A stretch of 63,424 nucleotides of DNA, filler included, from Octopus bimaculoides (lineage: Eukaryota): NCBI RefSeq assembly GCF_001194135.2. It is 6 parts of 5 records of this genome, joined end to end, with 100 filler letters (N's around TTAATTAATTAA, not from the genome) between each part and the next. Parts side by side here need not be neighbours in the genome. Positions count along the whole stretch, not along the records: positions 27,164 to 57,712 come from NC_068982.1; 5 more parts are not named here. One strand, written 5' to 3'. The notes under the pieces were generated by a model. The model made no database searches. It worked only from the letters and a program-made list of their open reading frames with translations, and had not been told where the DNA came from. The position numbers and the translations under genes are program-made. Below are positions 40,263 to 52,489 of the stretch, piece after piece; the stretch's first letter is position 1; each line of letters opens with the position of its first letter.

Positions 40263-42716
40263 CAGCAGTTTGTAATATGATGGGTATACATAGGAAAAAA
40301 AGTGTAAATACGAACAAAATATTTCTGTTCTGGTATTATGTTAACATTACTAATCAAAATGATTTTCATATTTTGTGATACAGTATTGAATGTTGGTGTA
40401 GCAAAAACTCCATTTCAAATAAGTTACAGTACTCTATGGATCATAACTATGCTTAATAAGGTGTGAAGTGTTGATTATTGACCATGAACCGAGATTTTGT
40501 TTTTTTTAATCATAAAGGCAAAAGCTTATTTTACTTTGTAGAATGTTGCAAGATTTAAGACGCATGTGATTCACGAAGTGAGAGTTGAGTGTGGATGGCT
40601 AAATATTAGGTTGGAAAGAAGTATTTCAAGATAAGAAAGAACAACGTGCGTCTTTTATTCAAATTGATATATATAGGCCAGATAGTATTTCTCCTCATTT
40701 GTATTTGGCAAATTGTTGATCTCTCGGGCGTAAAATTGTGATTTTAAAGCAAAAAGAACACTCAATAAACACTCACAATAAATTTAAACATTTTAGCAAG
40801 TAATAAACTCTGTTCCTGCTACGTAATATTTCAATGATCAGAACATGTGATAATCAAATGGAGCAAGGTCAGGAAGATAGAGGAAGAGACAAACCTTCTA
40901 TATTTAGTGACATAACCTTTGAGTGACTCGAATAATGTGGTTATGCATCTTCCTGTAAAGCAACGCCCCTTTACTCTTAAACAATGATGAGTGTGAGTAT
41001 CCACTTGAACTGTTGCGTTTTCGATTAACACTTCATTATAGATGATACTCTTCATATCTCGCTAAATACACAGCATAGTTTTTACGGGTGTAGTTTGTAC
41101 TGAGTCCGAACAGTTTTGCTTCGTTGGATATGATTATGAGGACCCACTTTGCATCACATGTGAGAATCCTATACAGAAAAGTTGCGGTAGCAACCCCATT
41201 ATTCAATGATGACCAGACACTTTGTATATACATTGACTGGGGTACAATTGCAATTGAAATGCTAAAATATTAAGACGAACTATTTACAATCTGGAATTTT
41301 CGCGAAACTTGTACCATGTCAATGAAATTACAGTATGTGAATCAGATCTGTGGATAGACTTTAATAGTTAGATACAGTGTAGCTCTTGAATTTTTTCTTT
41401 TATTTTAATTTGTGAAGCATATATAATTATTTTTATTATTTTTTTCTTTTTGCTTCTCATAATATTGGTTTATTTTCATGAGTTTATTTTTTCTTCTCGG
41501 AGGTGTATATCTATGGAATTACAACTAATGTTGCATTACTGGGAGATAGAATATTGTGAAATATAAGCCAAAAGATAAAAGGAATTTGATTCAACGCACA
41601 ACTGCAATACACTGCATACACTTCAGAGAATATTTTATGTACTGTATAACTCTCAGTTCGCTTTATCCAAGTTGTGTTTTATAGTATATTCATCCAGGTG
41701 CCTAGAGAACTCAAAATACATGTATAGTTTATTATCTAGAGATATTTCGAATAAATATTTCATTACGAGTTTGCACAAATAGATAGTAAGAATACTCCAC
41801 CTGTCAGTTTTGTTATAGTAGCAGATGGTTTCTGTCATGAATTTTTTATGAGTATAGGATTTCGGCTAAAGGAATATTATGACGTTGTCAAAACAATCCC
41901 CAAATCTGGTTGTGTGCCCAAAACTGTTTACAAAATATAATAATTGAGCGGGATATGGAGAGTGAATTTCAAAAAAATTTTCTTATTTCTGTTTACCACA
42001 ATTATCTTAACAGCAATTCATTTTCACTTTGAAATATAGATAGCCAACAGATTTAAATAAATGTTATATGTATGAAATATATGGATATTTTCTGTTAGAA
42101 TCAAAGGCTTAATATCGATTTCTAACAAATGTAGAAGGCCAAAGTTTTTGTTTCGTTTATTGATAGAGCACTTCAAATAGCTGGCATTGTTATCGATTCC
42201 ACGGGCAGTGTCTTGGCTGAAATATTTTAGTTTCAGACACATGCCCATACATTATTTGTTCTGAGCGTTATGTCCCGATTTCAATTCAGCCTTGCATTTC
42301 ATCCTTCTAGGCTTGATAGCATATACTAGCAGTCAATTACTTCGATTTTACACCCTCTCCCGATACCGAGCCCCTGTGCTTATATAAGAAATCATTATGT
42401 AACCATTTCTGAAACTAAAATACAAAGTTACTCCCGACAATATTTAAACATTGATTGTAGAGAGATGTAACTAACCGCCAACATGCATCCGAAATTCTAC
42501 TTATTCTGGCATTGAAATATTACTATATATCTTGCACATTATCATTACCTTAAAGTTCAACGGTATGTGAAGACTGAATTCAGCTGAAAATATCAACCAT
42601 AGAGATGTCAGTTATATGATTCTACCTATTTGGAAATTTGTCTGGACGAGCTGTTGTTTACTGGGTTCTCCTCATTCCTAATTAGGAATGAGAACCCAGG
42701 TTCAAAATTACCTCAA

Positions 42717-42761
42717 GAAACTTGATGAAGGCTGGAGGTTATATCAGCCGAAACGTTGTGT
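42717..42761 (+). ncRNA. Degenerate hammerhead ribozyme motif, family H2
   Basis: AAAC-UUGAUGA-A-GGCUG(10 nt)CAGCC-GAAA-CGUU-GUGU, with C3 changed to U. Homologous to 50617-50660 and continues to ~42830. Confidence 0.65.
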
Positions 42762-42893
42762 TAAAAACAAAAAGGATGAGGACAAATATCGAGTGTAAAT
42801 AATGTAAACAATGTAGCTTCATTGTTGTTTGCAGACATTATCAAATAACTCCAGTAAACATGAAAAGAAGGTCCATAAATGAAGATAGAATAC

Positions 42894-42928
<35 letters not shown>

Positions 42929-43049
42929 TGAGTGTCCATATAAACAATGACGCCGACATTGCCTGCAGGGCGTGCTCCTGGTACCTTGGGACTTTTGGGT
43001 TTCAATACGCACCAACCATTATAATTCTCTCCTCCACCTTCCCCCGTCC

Positions 43050-43440
43050 TTTGAATACTGTTCTCAGCTACGGTTTCCCTACTTGAAACAAGGTATTATA
43101 AAAATTGAAGCACTCCAGTGATCTATCACAATCGACAGACGACACAGAAAAACAGACGATATGACGAGTCTTGATTGTTGGGATCGCGCTGAGAAACTCA
43201 AACTTTATTCCCTCGAACGCCACTGTGAAACTTATCATTTGTATGAGGTGGAAAATATCACAACAGCAATGCCAAAATGGTGTTGGCATCAACTTTAATA
43301 TTCAAACGCATCCTTAACGAATATTTCCCACACATTCCAGATAAACCATCTACACTAGGACACATCTCTAGAAACAATAACTATTCACTCGAAAGAACTA
43401 TTGTACCCAAAGATCAACTGCGATATAAAACATTCAGGTG
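43050..43440 (+). pseudogene. CR1/L2-type LINE reverse transcriptase C-terminal remnant
   Basis: EYCSQLRFPYLKQGIIKIEALQ*SIT...MTSLDCWDRAEKLKLYSLERH matches the LEYC..W.P...IE.VQR...L.Y..RL..L.LYSL.RRR pattern. Confidence 0.8.
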
Positions 43441-43492
43441 GTGCTATTAAGTTAGACATGACCTATGGCAATTCTAGCAGAAACTTACCTAA

Positions 43493-43574
<82 letters not shown>

Positions 43575-43616
43575 ATATGCATGTGTGTGTGTGTGTGAGT
43601 ATGTGCATGTGTGTGT

Positions 43617-43654
<38 letters not shown>

Positions 43655-43837
43655 TCTATCTTCGCATTTTGTGACGTACAGTGATATTAGTTTGAATTTC
43701 CAAACGCACCATGTTACTGGTTGATGAATATATAAGTGAAGCCAAGAGAGGCATTGAGATGTAGATACAACATAATCGTAACACACCACTAAACAAATCT
43801 AAATCATTATCTCGGGATAACATAAGCAGTGCCTTAC

Positions 43838-43989
43838 GTTTAGATGGTTAAACATATCCGCACACATAATCATGGGGCAATTTTCCGCAGGATGTTCATC
43901 TGCAAAAGTCGACTTGCATTTATCCCCATTTAAACGTGGATGTTCTGGTGGATCAAAGTGTACCATGAGAGAAACTCTCATAATGGCAT
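43838..43989 (-). CDS. Candidate internal exon of an unidentified gene (unverified)
   Basis: TTTTAATACAG| acceptor, AAC|GTAAGG donor, 152 nt open: (D)AIMRVSLMVHFDPPEHPRLNGDKCKSTFADEHPAENCPMIMCADMFNHLN. No family recognised. Confidence 0.22.
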
Positions 43990-45041
43990 CTGTATTAAAA
44001 TGCTCTAGGCGCTGGAGATGCCGGGGATTTTGCACATTTTACATTTTGTAACATAGGCTAATATGAGTGTGTATATCAGTTTCTACCACAATACAGTTTC
44101 TTCTAACAGAACATCCCACGGCATTAATAATACCTTTGTCGCTAACATATACATATATAATCGACTTGCATCGTATGAATCATTTAAACCAAAGCTCTAT
44201 AAGGAAATACTTGCCTCAAAGCAGCTACTACAGAAAGCTTCGATCCAGGAACTTTAGGTTTGCGAAATATACCGTATAACAGACATGTAACAACATTATC
44301 CTTCTAAACAAACTGCCTCGCCATATCTATTTACGAGCAATAATGTAAATTTGAATATTATGGTAATTAATGTGACTTTATACGTAAATATAATTAAGGT
44401 AATTATCATCACAAAATTACATTTTCCCCAAATTATGCCTATTTTGTTCATTCAATCGACTTATAGTGTCATGATATTAAATAATGAAATAACATCATTA
44501 ATTACTGAGATACAAAGTAAAAATATAATTGTAACGATAAGTTAATCAGATGGTGTCATGTATTTCGGTTTTCATCGTGATTACAACCAGTAAAATTGAA
44601 ATAGCCATGAAAAATATACTGAAATTCAAATATCTCGTTCGTAGGTCCAGAACGCAAACAGATAATTTTATTTTCTGACAGCATATGTGAAACATTTCAA
44701 GCCGAAGCATTTAGTTGCTTGTAAGGAATTTTAGATATGCGGGGACAATCCTTTATATGAAAATAAAGCAAGTACCAGTCTATAGCGAAAATAAAATGTT
44801 ATGTCAGTGATATTCAATAATAAATTCGTATGCTGGTAGTGTTTTGATAAATTAAAGCAATGTAATTAGTAGTATCCCGTCTCTATTTCCGTTATCGCAC
44901 TCAGTGGGGTTGTTGAAACTGATATTGTAGTATTTCGGGATCATCAGTTTTTTTTGTTTGTTTTTTTTTGTCAAATAAACACACGCACTATATATTTGTT
45001 CTTCACTCGCTTATTACTATTCTTATTCTAACTCATGTCCA

Positions 45042-45088
45042 TTGTCCAGATATCTTTTGTAACACATCTGTGATATCCTCAGTTACAT
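45042..45088 (-). ncRNA. Degenerate copy of HHR family H3 in the other PLE arm
   Basis: On -: CUGAGGA-U-AUCACA(GAUG)UGUUAC-AAAA-GAUAUC-UGGACAA, with G12 to A and stem II mismatches. Confidence 0.6.
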
Positions 45089-45599
45089 TTTCCGTCTTCG
45101 TGTGTGATATTGCTCTGCTTATTCCATTCCGTTCTTCTATGTGTATCCATATGTGTACGTGTGTCTGTGTTTGCGTATGTCGGGGTGTACATGTGTGTGT
45201 GTGTGATCTTTCTTAGTAGCACTATAACCCTTCCCTCAATCCCGTGCCTCACACCGTTGCTGCTGCTGATGCCTTTCAACACGACGTTTTGTAACACGCT
45301 GTGTTTGTGTATTTCTCCATGCTGCTGCTATCATGGCAATTTTCGTTGTTGTTTCTATTATTGCCATTGTTGTCAGTCGTGTTGTGGATATTGTCACGGC
45401 CGTCTGTGAAGGTTCCGCATATGTATTTGTGTGTGTATATGGGTTCGATTTCTATGTTGTTTGTACCCATGCCCTTTATACAGATAATTTTTATGTCTCT
45501 AATTGTTTTTGTTTCTATTTGCGTGTTTTCTCACTTCAGTCTTTAGTCGTCATGTTGTGTGGTGTGGTAGTAAGTGTTATTGTTCCATTCATGTTTTCT

Positions 45600-46130
45600 G
45601 TTAAGGCTCCGTCTGTCTACTGCTCTGTATATAGCCTATGTGATCTAAGTGCCGTGTCAGTTCTATGCGTTGATAATATTTTCGCCTCTGTGCTATTGAC
45701 GACACCTCTAAGTTCTGCTTGAGCATATATATAGAGCAATGACGAGCCTTCCTTTTCTTTGACCTCACGACAGTGTCCAACAATATGTACCCCTATTTTG
45801 CGTGCTGTCTCGGCAATGTAAGTAGTTGTCATGCTTCTGTACCGTCCCTCAGTACATCGTAATCTATACACTATATTCCTAACATTACAGTTAGCCCGTA
45901 GTTTCATCTCACATACAATAAAATTGTTCTCTGTACATGGGGACCTATCGAAGGGATAAGTTCTACAGATCAGGAATTTTATAGGGGCATCAGGCCTTCC
46001 TACTAATTTAATCTATTGATCGGCTTTACCTAATGCTTCTCCAAAAAGGTATGCTGGTTCGCTGCCAGGGGTAGCATCAACGAGCATGACGTTTTTGTCG
46101 TCATACCATGAGTTGACCTTATCTATCCTT
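45600..46130 (-). pseudogene. PLE linker + GIY-YIG endonuclease remnant
   Basis: WYDDKNVMLVDATPGSEPAYLFGEALGKADQ*IKLVGRPDAPIKFLICRTYPFDRSPC...NCNVRNIVYRLRC...TYIAETARKIGVHIVGHCREVKEK. Confidence 0.8.
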
Positions 46131-46396
46131 TATTCTGGTCCTTTCTGTGCTGTTCCAGAATTTACTCTTATATAGCGGGCAGATCCCCAGTGCATCACTC
46201 TCTATGAACAACTGCTGCGGCAACGGGGTGGGGAACGGGACTGAGGGGAGGGTCATAGTGCTACTAAGAAAGATGTTACACACACACACATTTACACACA
46301 CAAACACACAAATACAGACGCATGCGCATATAAGGATACACATCATAGGAGAACAAAATAGAATAAGCAGGGCAAGAGCACACACAAAGACGGAAA

Positions 46397-46443
46397 TTGT
46401 CACTGAGGATGTCACAGATGTGTGACGAAAGATTTCTGGACAA
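46397..46443 (+). ncRNA. Minimal type I hammerhead ribozyme, family H3, intact core
   Basis: UUGUCA-CUGAGGA-U-GUCACA(GAUG)UGUGAC-GAAA-GAUU-UC-UGGACAA: 6-bp stem II, and 6-bp stem I with one bulge. Confidence 0.75.
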
Positions 46444-48216
46444 AGGACATGTGCGGAATAAGAACAGTAAGAAACGAGTAAAGAACGAAAATACAGTGCG
46501 TGTTTATTTGACAAAAATAAATGACTGTCCCGAAATACAGCAATATCTAGATTTAGATTATTTAATATGCACGTTGTTTATAAAAACAGTAGCGTGTTAC
46601 TGATTTCTCGCACCTAGTGACCACCTCTCCTTTTGGCCATCCAAAACACCAATAATCGGATTATTTAAGTTTCATTCTAATTTTTATTACGTTCATAACA
46701 TTCCAGGTAATGTCTTAAAAATCATTGTTACATCGCATTTTACTTCGATTTTGTTTTTAGTTTTTAGTTTCTTATTTTATGAGAGTTCAATGTTGTTGGT
46801 ATTGCTTTGATGCGAGAGAAGAAATTAACTCCGTTTAGTCACTGCATTACTTTTAGATATGGGAACTTTATTTTCTTTTCGTGTCTCTCCTAAATGTTGA
46901 AGAGGATTAGTAGTTGTAGATGGAAAGAGTATTTGAAATATTTTGTCATGTATGGTTGGAAGGCCATTGTTACCTAGGTAAACATTACTTGCTCAAGATG
47001 TGCATTCGCTGGTAGAAATTATCAGTAAATATGTGGCCTTGAATAATTCAAGATGAAATTATATAGTTGTGACATGTGAGATTCTGTTTAACTATTTCTT
47101 AGTTGCTCCTTACAAAGATTGCACATTCTCATGTTTATCATGCACATCGTTACGAGTGTATAATGTTCCTTTGGACCACAAAATACGCTTATTATCAGTT
47201 TCAACATTACTCGTTATATACTATCATCATCATTGCTATTGTCGTCATCATCATCAACACCATCGCAATCATCATTAACATCACTTTTATTATTATCATT
47301 ATCACCATCAATCTTATTATCATTGACATCGACTTTCACATCTGCTTTGTCCTAATCAATTCGACATTAACTTATAATGAGCTTCTATTCTGATAGCTAA
47401 TTATATCTTATGATATAGACAATATGAAAAATATTAAATGAGTAAGTAAATCGGAGTATAATCAGATTCCTTTTTAGTTTTATGATAATCTAGCATCTAT
47501 GAGTCAGGTGAAAACTATAGAAATACAAATAATATAAAAAAATAAAAAAATAAGAATTAAATAAAAGAACATGTTATCTCTAGTTATCACTGATAAGGTA
47601 AAACAATATTATCATGTCATGGGGAGTTTTCGTTTTCTGAAGCTGCGATTTAAAGGTGTACCCATTACTGATTTATAAGTGCTTCGTCGAATGTTAACAG
47701 TTTGAATCTGTAAACTACTCTTTTTCCTTTAAGGCTCTCATACTCCCAAATTGCATCATTCAAACATCGGTATATTTCTGTGTAATCTTGAATCTTGCGT
47801 TTCATGCTTAAATAACAACTGTATATACATACATACATACATATATATATATNNNNNNNNNNNNNNNNNNNNNNNNNNNNNNNNNNNNNNNNNNNNNNNN
47901 NNNNNNNNNNNNNNNNNNNNNNNNNNNNNNNNNNNNNNNNNNNNNNNNNNNNNNNNNNNNNNNNNNNNNNNNNNNNNNNNNNNNNNNNNNCATACATGAA
48001 CTTACACACATACGCACATACACGTGCTGTTATTACACACACATACACATGGACCCGCATGCACGCACACATACATACCTCCCTCTCTTGCACTCTCCTG
48101 TCTTAGAAAGAACTTTTCTTTCACCCATTCCCTTCCAGTCATTCCAAAATGTAACCTCGTGTATATCATTGGCGGTTTTTTCTTCCTCCGTCTTCCCGTC
48201 TTTGGACTTTCCTATA

Positions 48217-48249
48217 TTTCCGACGAAAAGCTTCGCTCGAAACGTCAAT
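48217..48249 (+). ncRNA. Degenerate hammerhead motif, H1-related
   Basis: CCGACGA-A-AAGC(UUC)GCUC-GAAA-CGUC. Downstream CCTGAGCGT...AATA...TTTTTTGTCGTTG resembles the H1 tails and ends at (TA)n. Confidence 0.5.
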
Positions 48250-48366
48250 TTTTTTTTATTTCCTTTCCTGAGCGTCCAGTAACACAATATCTGTATCACG
48301 TCCTCGCGTTTTTTTGTCGTTGTTTTTATCGTTTCTCTTGTTTGAACTCACTATATATATATATAT

Positions 48367-48401
<35 letters not shown>

Positions 48402-49499
48402 TATTTAACACATATATATATATATATATATACATATATACACGCACACACATATATATATATATATGCATATACATACATACATACATACATACTTACA
48501 TACATACATATACATACATACATACATGCGTACATACATAAACATACATATATATTTATTCCCAATTTCTCCTTGTCTCTTTTCAGAACTTTGACAAAAT
48601 ACGTTCTACTTTTTCGTCTTGTCCGTCTATTTTTTTTTTAAACTTTTTGTTTTATCGAAATCGAAAGTTATCTGCATCACCTTTGAAGTAGCACTTACCT
48701 GTTTTATAATGCTTCTCATTCCAAATTCACATTTTATGTCATTTATTGATAATTATTGCAACATAGTAGTGCATGTAATATTATAAAGAACACGTGTGCG
48801 ATGTGTTTATCCTAATCAGTATAATTCCTATGGAAAAACCGATGCAAAGAGTGGGCAACAATAATCTAAATAGTGGAAGATATTCATTCATTTTAAAGTT
48901 CACGAGTTATTGCACTCAATTTTGACGTCAGTAATATTATTCTTATAATATAAGATGACGATGATATTTACTATGTAAATTTGCCAAATTCTAAATAGGA
49001 TATGCGATCGAAACAAAATTTGATGTTACTGTCGTTACACACATCTAAATAAAGTCATTTTACGATCCAAAAGCAATATACCAAACACATATAGCAACAT
49101 TTTCAAATCTATAAAATTTATAGTTTTCTACACAAATTTAAATTTTGATTCTGCTGTATATCGTGAATCGATACAGTGCCGGTTCTTCTTCAGAGAGATC
49201 AATGATTGGCATCTCCTCACTAGAATTGATACTTTATTAGCTACAAAGCGTACATATATTTTACTGGGCTGTCAGAGAAACTTTTTTTTCTCTATGTATT
49301 TCCTCCCTTATTTTTAATCAAATTTTTTAACAAATCATTCAATAATATATTCTCCTTGAGGGTTCATGAATTCTTTTCAACATTCCACCTGCTTCACGGT
49401 AAAAATCAACGAGTCTTGACTAGAATAATTCATTAGCTCTTCGTCAATGTAGATTGTTAGAGAGCAACAGGAAACGTTAATAAAATGAATGCTTTATAT

Positions 49500-49800
49500 C
49501 AAGAGAATGCGGTGGTGCAATCGAGCATTTTAGTTCAACTTAGCGACTTTAGAACGAACGTTGCCGTGTTGAAGAAGCATGCCGTGTCATCGGTCGGGTC
49601 GCTTCAGCTAGATTACCCCGCCAAATTGTGCGTTTGCTTAATATAACGCTCGTTACTGACTGGGAAGTTGTTCTCAACCATTTCGTATTAGATTAGCCAT
49701 TCTCTATCATCCCAAATGACGCTTATTACCTTGCAGAAAAGCAGCTTCCACTTGGCTGAAAGTGCAGTTTGGTTGTCGACAGTGATTGTTGCTCAGATAC
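49500..49800 (-). pseudogene. Mariner transposase catalytic-domain remnant
   Basis: KVISVIWDDREWLI*YEMVENNFPVSNERYIKQ, then RPDR*HGMLLQHGNVR. Matches KVML.VWWD...YE.L...TVN...Y..Q...RP......LHDNARPH. Confidence 0.75.
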
Positions 49801-50521
49801 CAAGGAATCTCTCACTTGGTTGCGCTTGGGGATCCAGTTAGAATCCTAATGACGTTTGATTCTGACAAGACCTTATAGAAGAGATGTCTGAATCTTTTAC
49901 CTCCCACGACTCACCCAGAAATAGTGGATGAAGAAATGGATATATATATATATATACTATATATATATANNNNNNNNNNNNNNNNNNNNNNNNNNNNNNN
50001 NNNNNNNNNNNNNNNNNNNNNNNNNNNNNNNNNNNNNNNNNNNNNNNNNNNNNNNNNNNNNNNNNNNNNNNNNNNNNNNNNNNNNNNNNNNNNNNNNNNN
50101 NNNNNNNNNNNNNNNNNNNNNNNNNNNNNNNNNNNNNNNNNNNNNNNNNNNNNNNNNNNNNNNNNNNNNNNNNNNNNNNNNNNNNNNNNNNNNNNNNNNN
50201 NNNNNNNNNNNNNNNNNNNNNNNNNNNNNNNNNNNNNNNNNNNNNNNNNNNNNNNNNNNNNNNNNNNNNNNNNNNNNNNNNNNNNNNNNNNNNNNNNNNN
50301 NNNNNNNNNNNNNNNNNNNNNNNNNNNNNNNNNNNNNNNNNNNNNNNNNNNNNNNNNNNNNNNNNNNNNNNNNNNNNNNNNNNNNNNNNNNNNNNNNNNN
50401 NNNNNNNNNNNNNNNNNNNNNNNNNNNNNNNNNNNNNNNNNNNNNNNNNNNNNNNNNNNNNNNNNNNNNNNNNNNNNNNNNNNNNNNNNNNNNNNNNNNN
50501 NNNNATATATATGCATTATAA

Positions 50522-50716
50522 TAGAATTCTATATTTAAGAGATGAGGAATTATGTACATTATTTACATTATTTATATTTGACGGATATTTTTCCTCATCT
50601 TGTTTGTTTCCCCAAGACACCCGATGAAGGTTGGAGAATATATCAACCGAAACGTTGTGTTAACAACAAACAAGATGTGGACAAATGTCCATCAAATGTA
50701 AATAATGCAAATAATG

Positions 50717-50718
<2 letters not shown>
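50522..50718 (+). mobile_element. Foldback element with central hammerhead (family H2); probable inverted PLE terminal repeat
   Basis: Arms 50555-50608 and 50665-50718 are reverse complements; HHR at 50617-50660; followed by (TA)/(TG)n. Confidence 0.8.
50617..50660 (+). ncRNA. Hammerhead ribozyme motif, family H2 (U4 to C)
   Basis: ACAC-CCGAUGA-A-GGUUG(10 nt)CAACC-GAAA-CGUU-GUGU, with perfect stems I and II. Confidence 0.7.
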
Positions 50719-50747
<29 letters not shown>

Positions 50748-50756
50748 ATGTGGGTG

Positions 50757-50795
<39 letters not shown>

Positions 50796-51899
50796 ATGTA
50801 TGTATGCATATATATAAACAGAAAGCTTTTCATTCTTCTGCATATTAAAGCGACTAACTTTGGCATATTCCTTTTCCTCTCTGCTTTGTGCTATTTCATG
50901 AATAAATTCTTCTACTGCGTCGTTTATTTATTCACTCCTGCCCCCTGATTCACTTGTGTCGTTTCATACCTTAATCGTTTCAATATTTTACCCCACGAAA
51001 TCCACTCAAACAATAATTTCCCCAATCAGCCTTCCTTGGGAATTCAATTTCTGCGCTTCCTCTTAATGTAAAACCTCATACGTACACTTTGACCAACATC
51101 CACATCATTTCCATCAATTTAATCTGCAAGAACATGCGAAGTTCTTTGGTGGTTTTGTTCTGCCACTCATCTACTAATTGGCCGTATTTTAATAAATGTC
51201 AATCCATAGAGATAAGTAGATTAAGACAACTCACACAGTTATTACTGTTGATAACACTCACGAATCGAAATACACCTTAAATCAATATTTCATTTCTTCT
51301 GAACAAAGATATGCATTTTGAACTGATACAGAAATTCTCGGAAAACAAAGATCTATAACATAGGTTATCTAGAATGTGCGAGGGTCAAACGCCACCTATC
51401 AGACGCAAAAATATAATAATGTGCTGAATTTCTATGAATCGTGTATGGTACATTTTTTGAATTTTATTCATAGAAAGCATTCTGCTTCTTCTGGAGAGAG
51501 ATTTTTTACTAAAACATCTATTCTCACACCTATACTTATTTCACTTCTTCATTAACGAGCATCCTTTAATTTTTACATATCTTATCAAATAATGAGAGTT
51601 TCCATGTTATGTGGACATGTTGAAAGATGCCCGTAATTCATCCTCCATTATTAACGGGTTGGTGTCCGGTAGAGTTAAGGTATGTCTCACAACCAGGAGA
51701 ATGGTAAATTAATGAATATCGTGTCACCAAAATGATATTCTCAGTAACGAAAACCATCAAAAAGCTAATGAAATAGTGCAAAATAATCCATAAATAGGAT
51801 GGGAACTAGAGATGCCCCACTATGCAAAAGTGAGCTGAGTTGCTATCCATCTGTAAATATCTGTGAAATGGAGCAGAAGTGGAGTAAACAGGTAAACGC

Positions 51900-52430
51900 A
51901 GCTATTAATGTTCCTGTCGAAGTTCGATGAAAGACACAAGCTTTTAGCAATAAATGCAGAGGAGGTGCATTGTTGAGCTATGGTGCACGTATTGTCAACT
52001 GAAGAACCTAAGCTGAAAAGCGAGGAAACTACTCACAATGGACAGAGCATTTCATCACCCGATCTAACCACGCACAAAGGTGAATGGGTGATCAGGTTTG
52101 AAAAGTGTTTACGCTCTGAAGTATATCAAGAGTGCCTTAGACAGTTGCTGGTTTAGGTGATAATTTCCGGTTTTGTCAGGCCATATACTGGAACGGAGAA
52201 AGTGTGTGTTTAAAAAAAATGAGCGAGCAAAACGAAAGAAATGGAATGGAAAAATGGATGTTTTTGTGAGAGAGGTGAACAGGAATATAGACAACGATGT
52301 AAGGTAGCAGTGGCTAAGGAAGAGTGACTTGAAGCTAGAGACAGAAGTATTTATTTGTGGTGCACAGCTACAAGAACTTAGTAATAATTACACCAAAGAT
52401 GAGCTGGATTGAAATCCATCTACAACTAGC
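51900..52430 (+). pseudogene. R4/Dong-like non-LTR retrotransposon fragment (post-RT region), copy 1
   Basis: AIN...LLSYGARIVN*...RKLLTM...QWLRKSDLKLETEVFICGAQ. Confidence 0.75.
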
Positions 52431-52489
52431 TCTGAAAAGAGATTGAAGAGGAGGTAACAGGCAAATACTGTCATGTTTGAGTGCTGCTA

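Larger units (their letters stand above)
44965..46516 (-). mobile_element. 5'-truncated Penelope-like element with ~305-bp inverted terminal repeats and C-terminal GIY-YIG remnant
   Basis: Arms 44965-45268 and 46209-46516 are reverse complements (roughly 80% by eye). The interior encodes a PLE linker plus GIY-YIG, and an HHR lies in each arm. Confidence 0.85.

Noticed and set aside
41653-41838. ETICYYNKT motif suggesting a piggyBac transposase remnant
   Set aside because: Only a few residues match and no TTAA-bounded ends were found; not supportable.
42198-42247. GGCAGTGTCTTGGCTG resembling vertebrate miR-34a in a weak hairpin
   Set aside because: Lacks the 5' U and the 3' GGTTG, differs from protostome miR-34, and the stem has large bulges.
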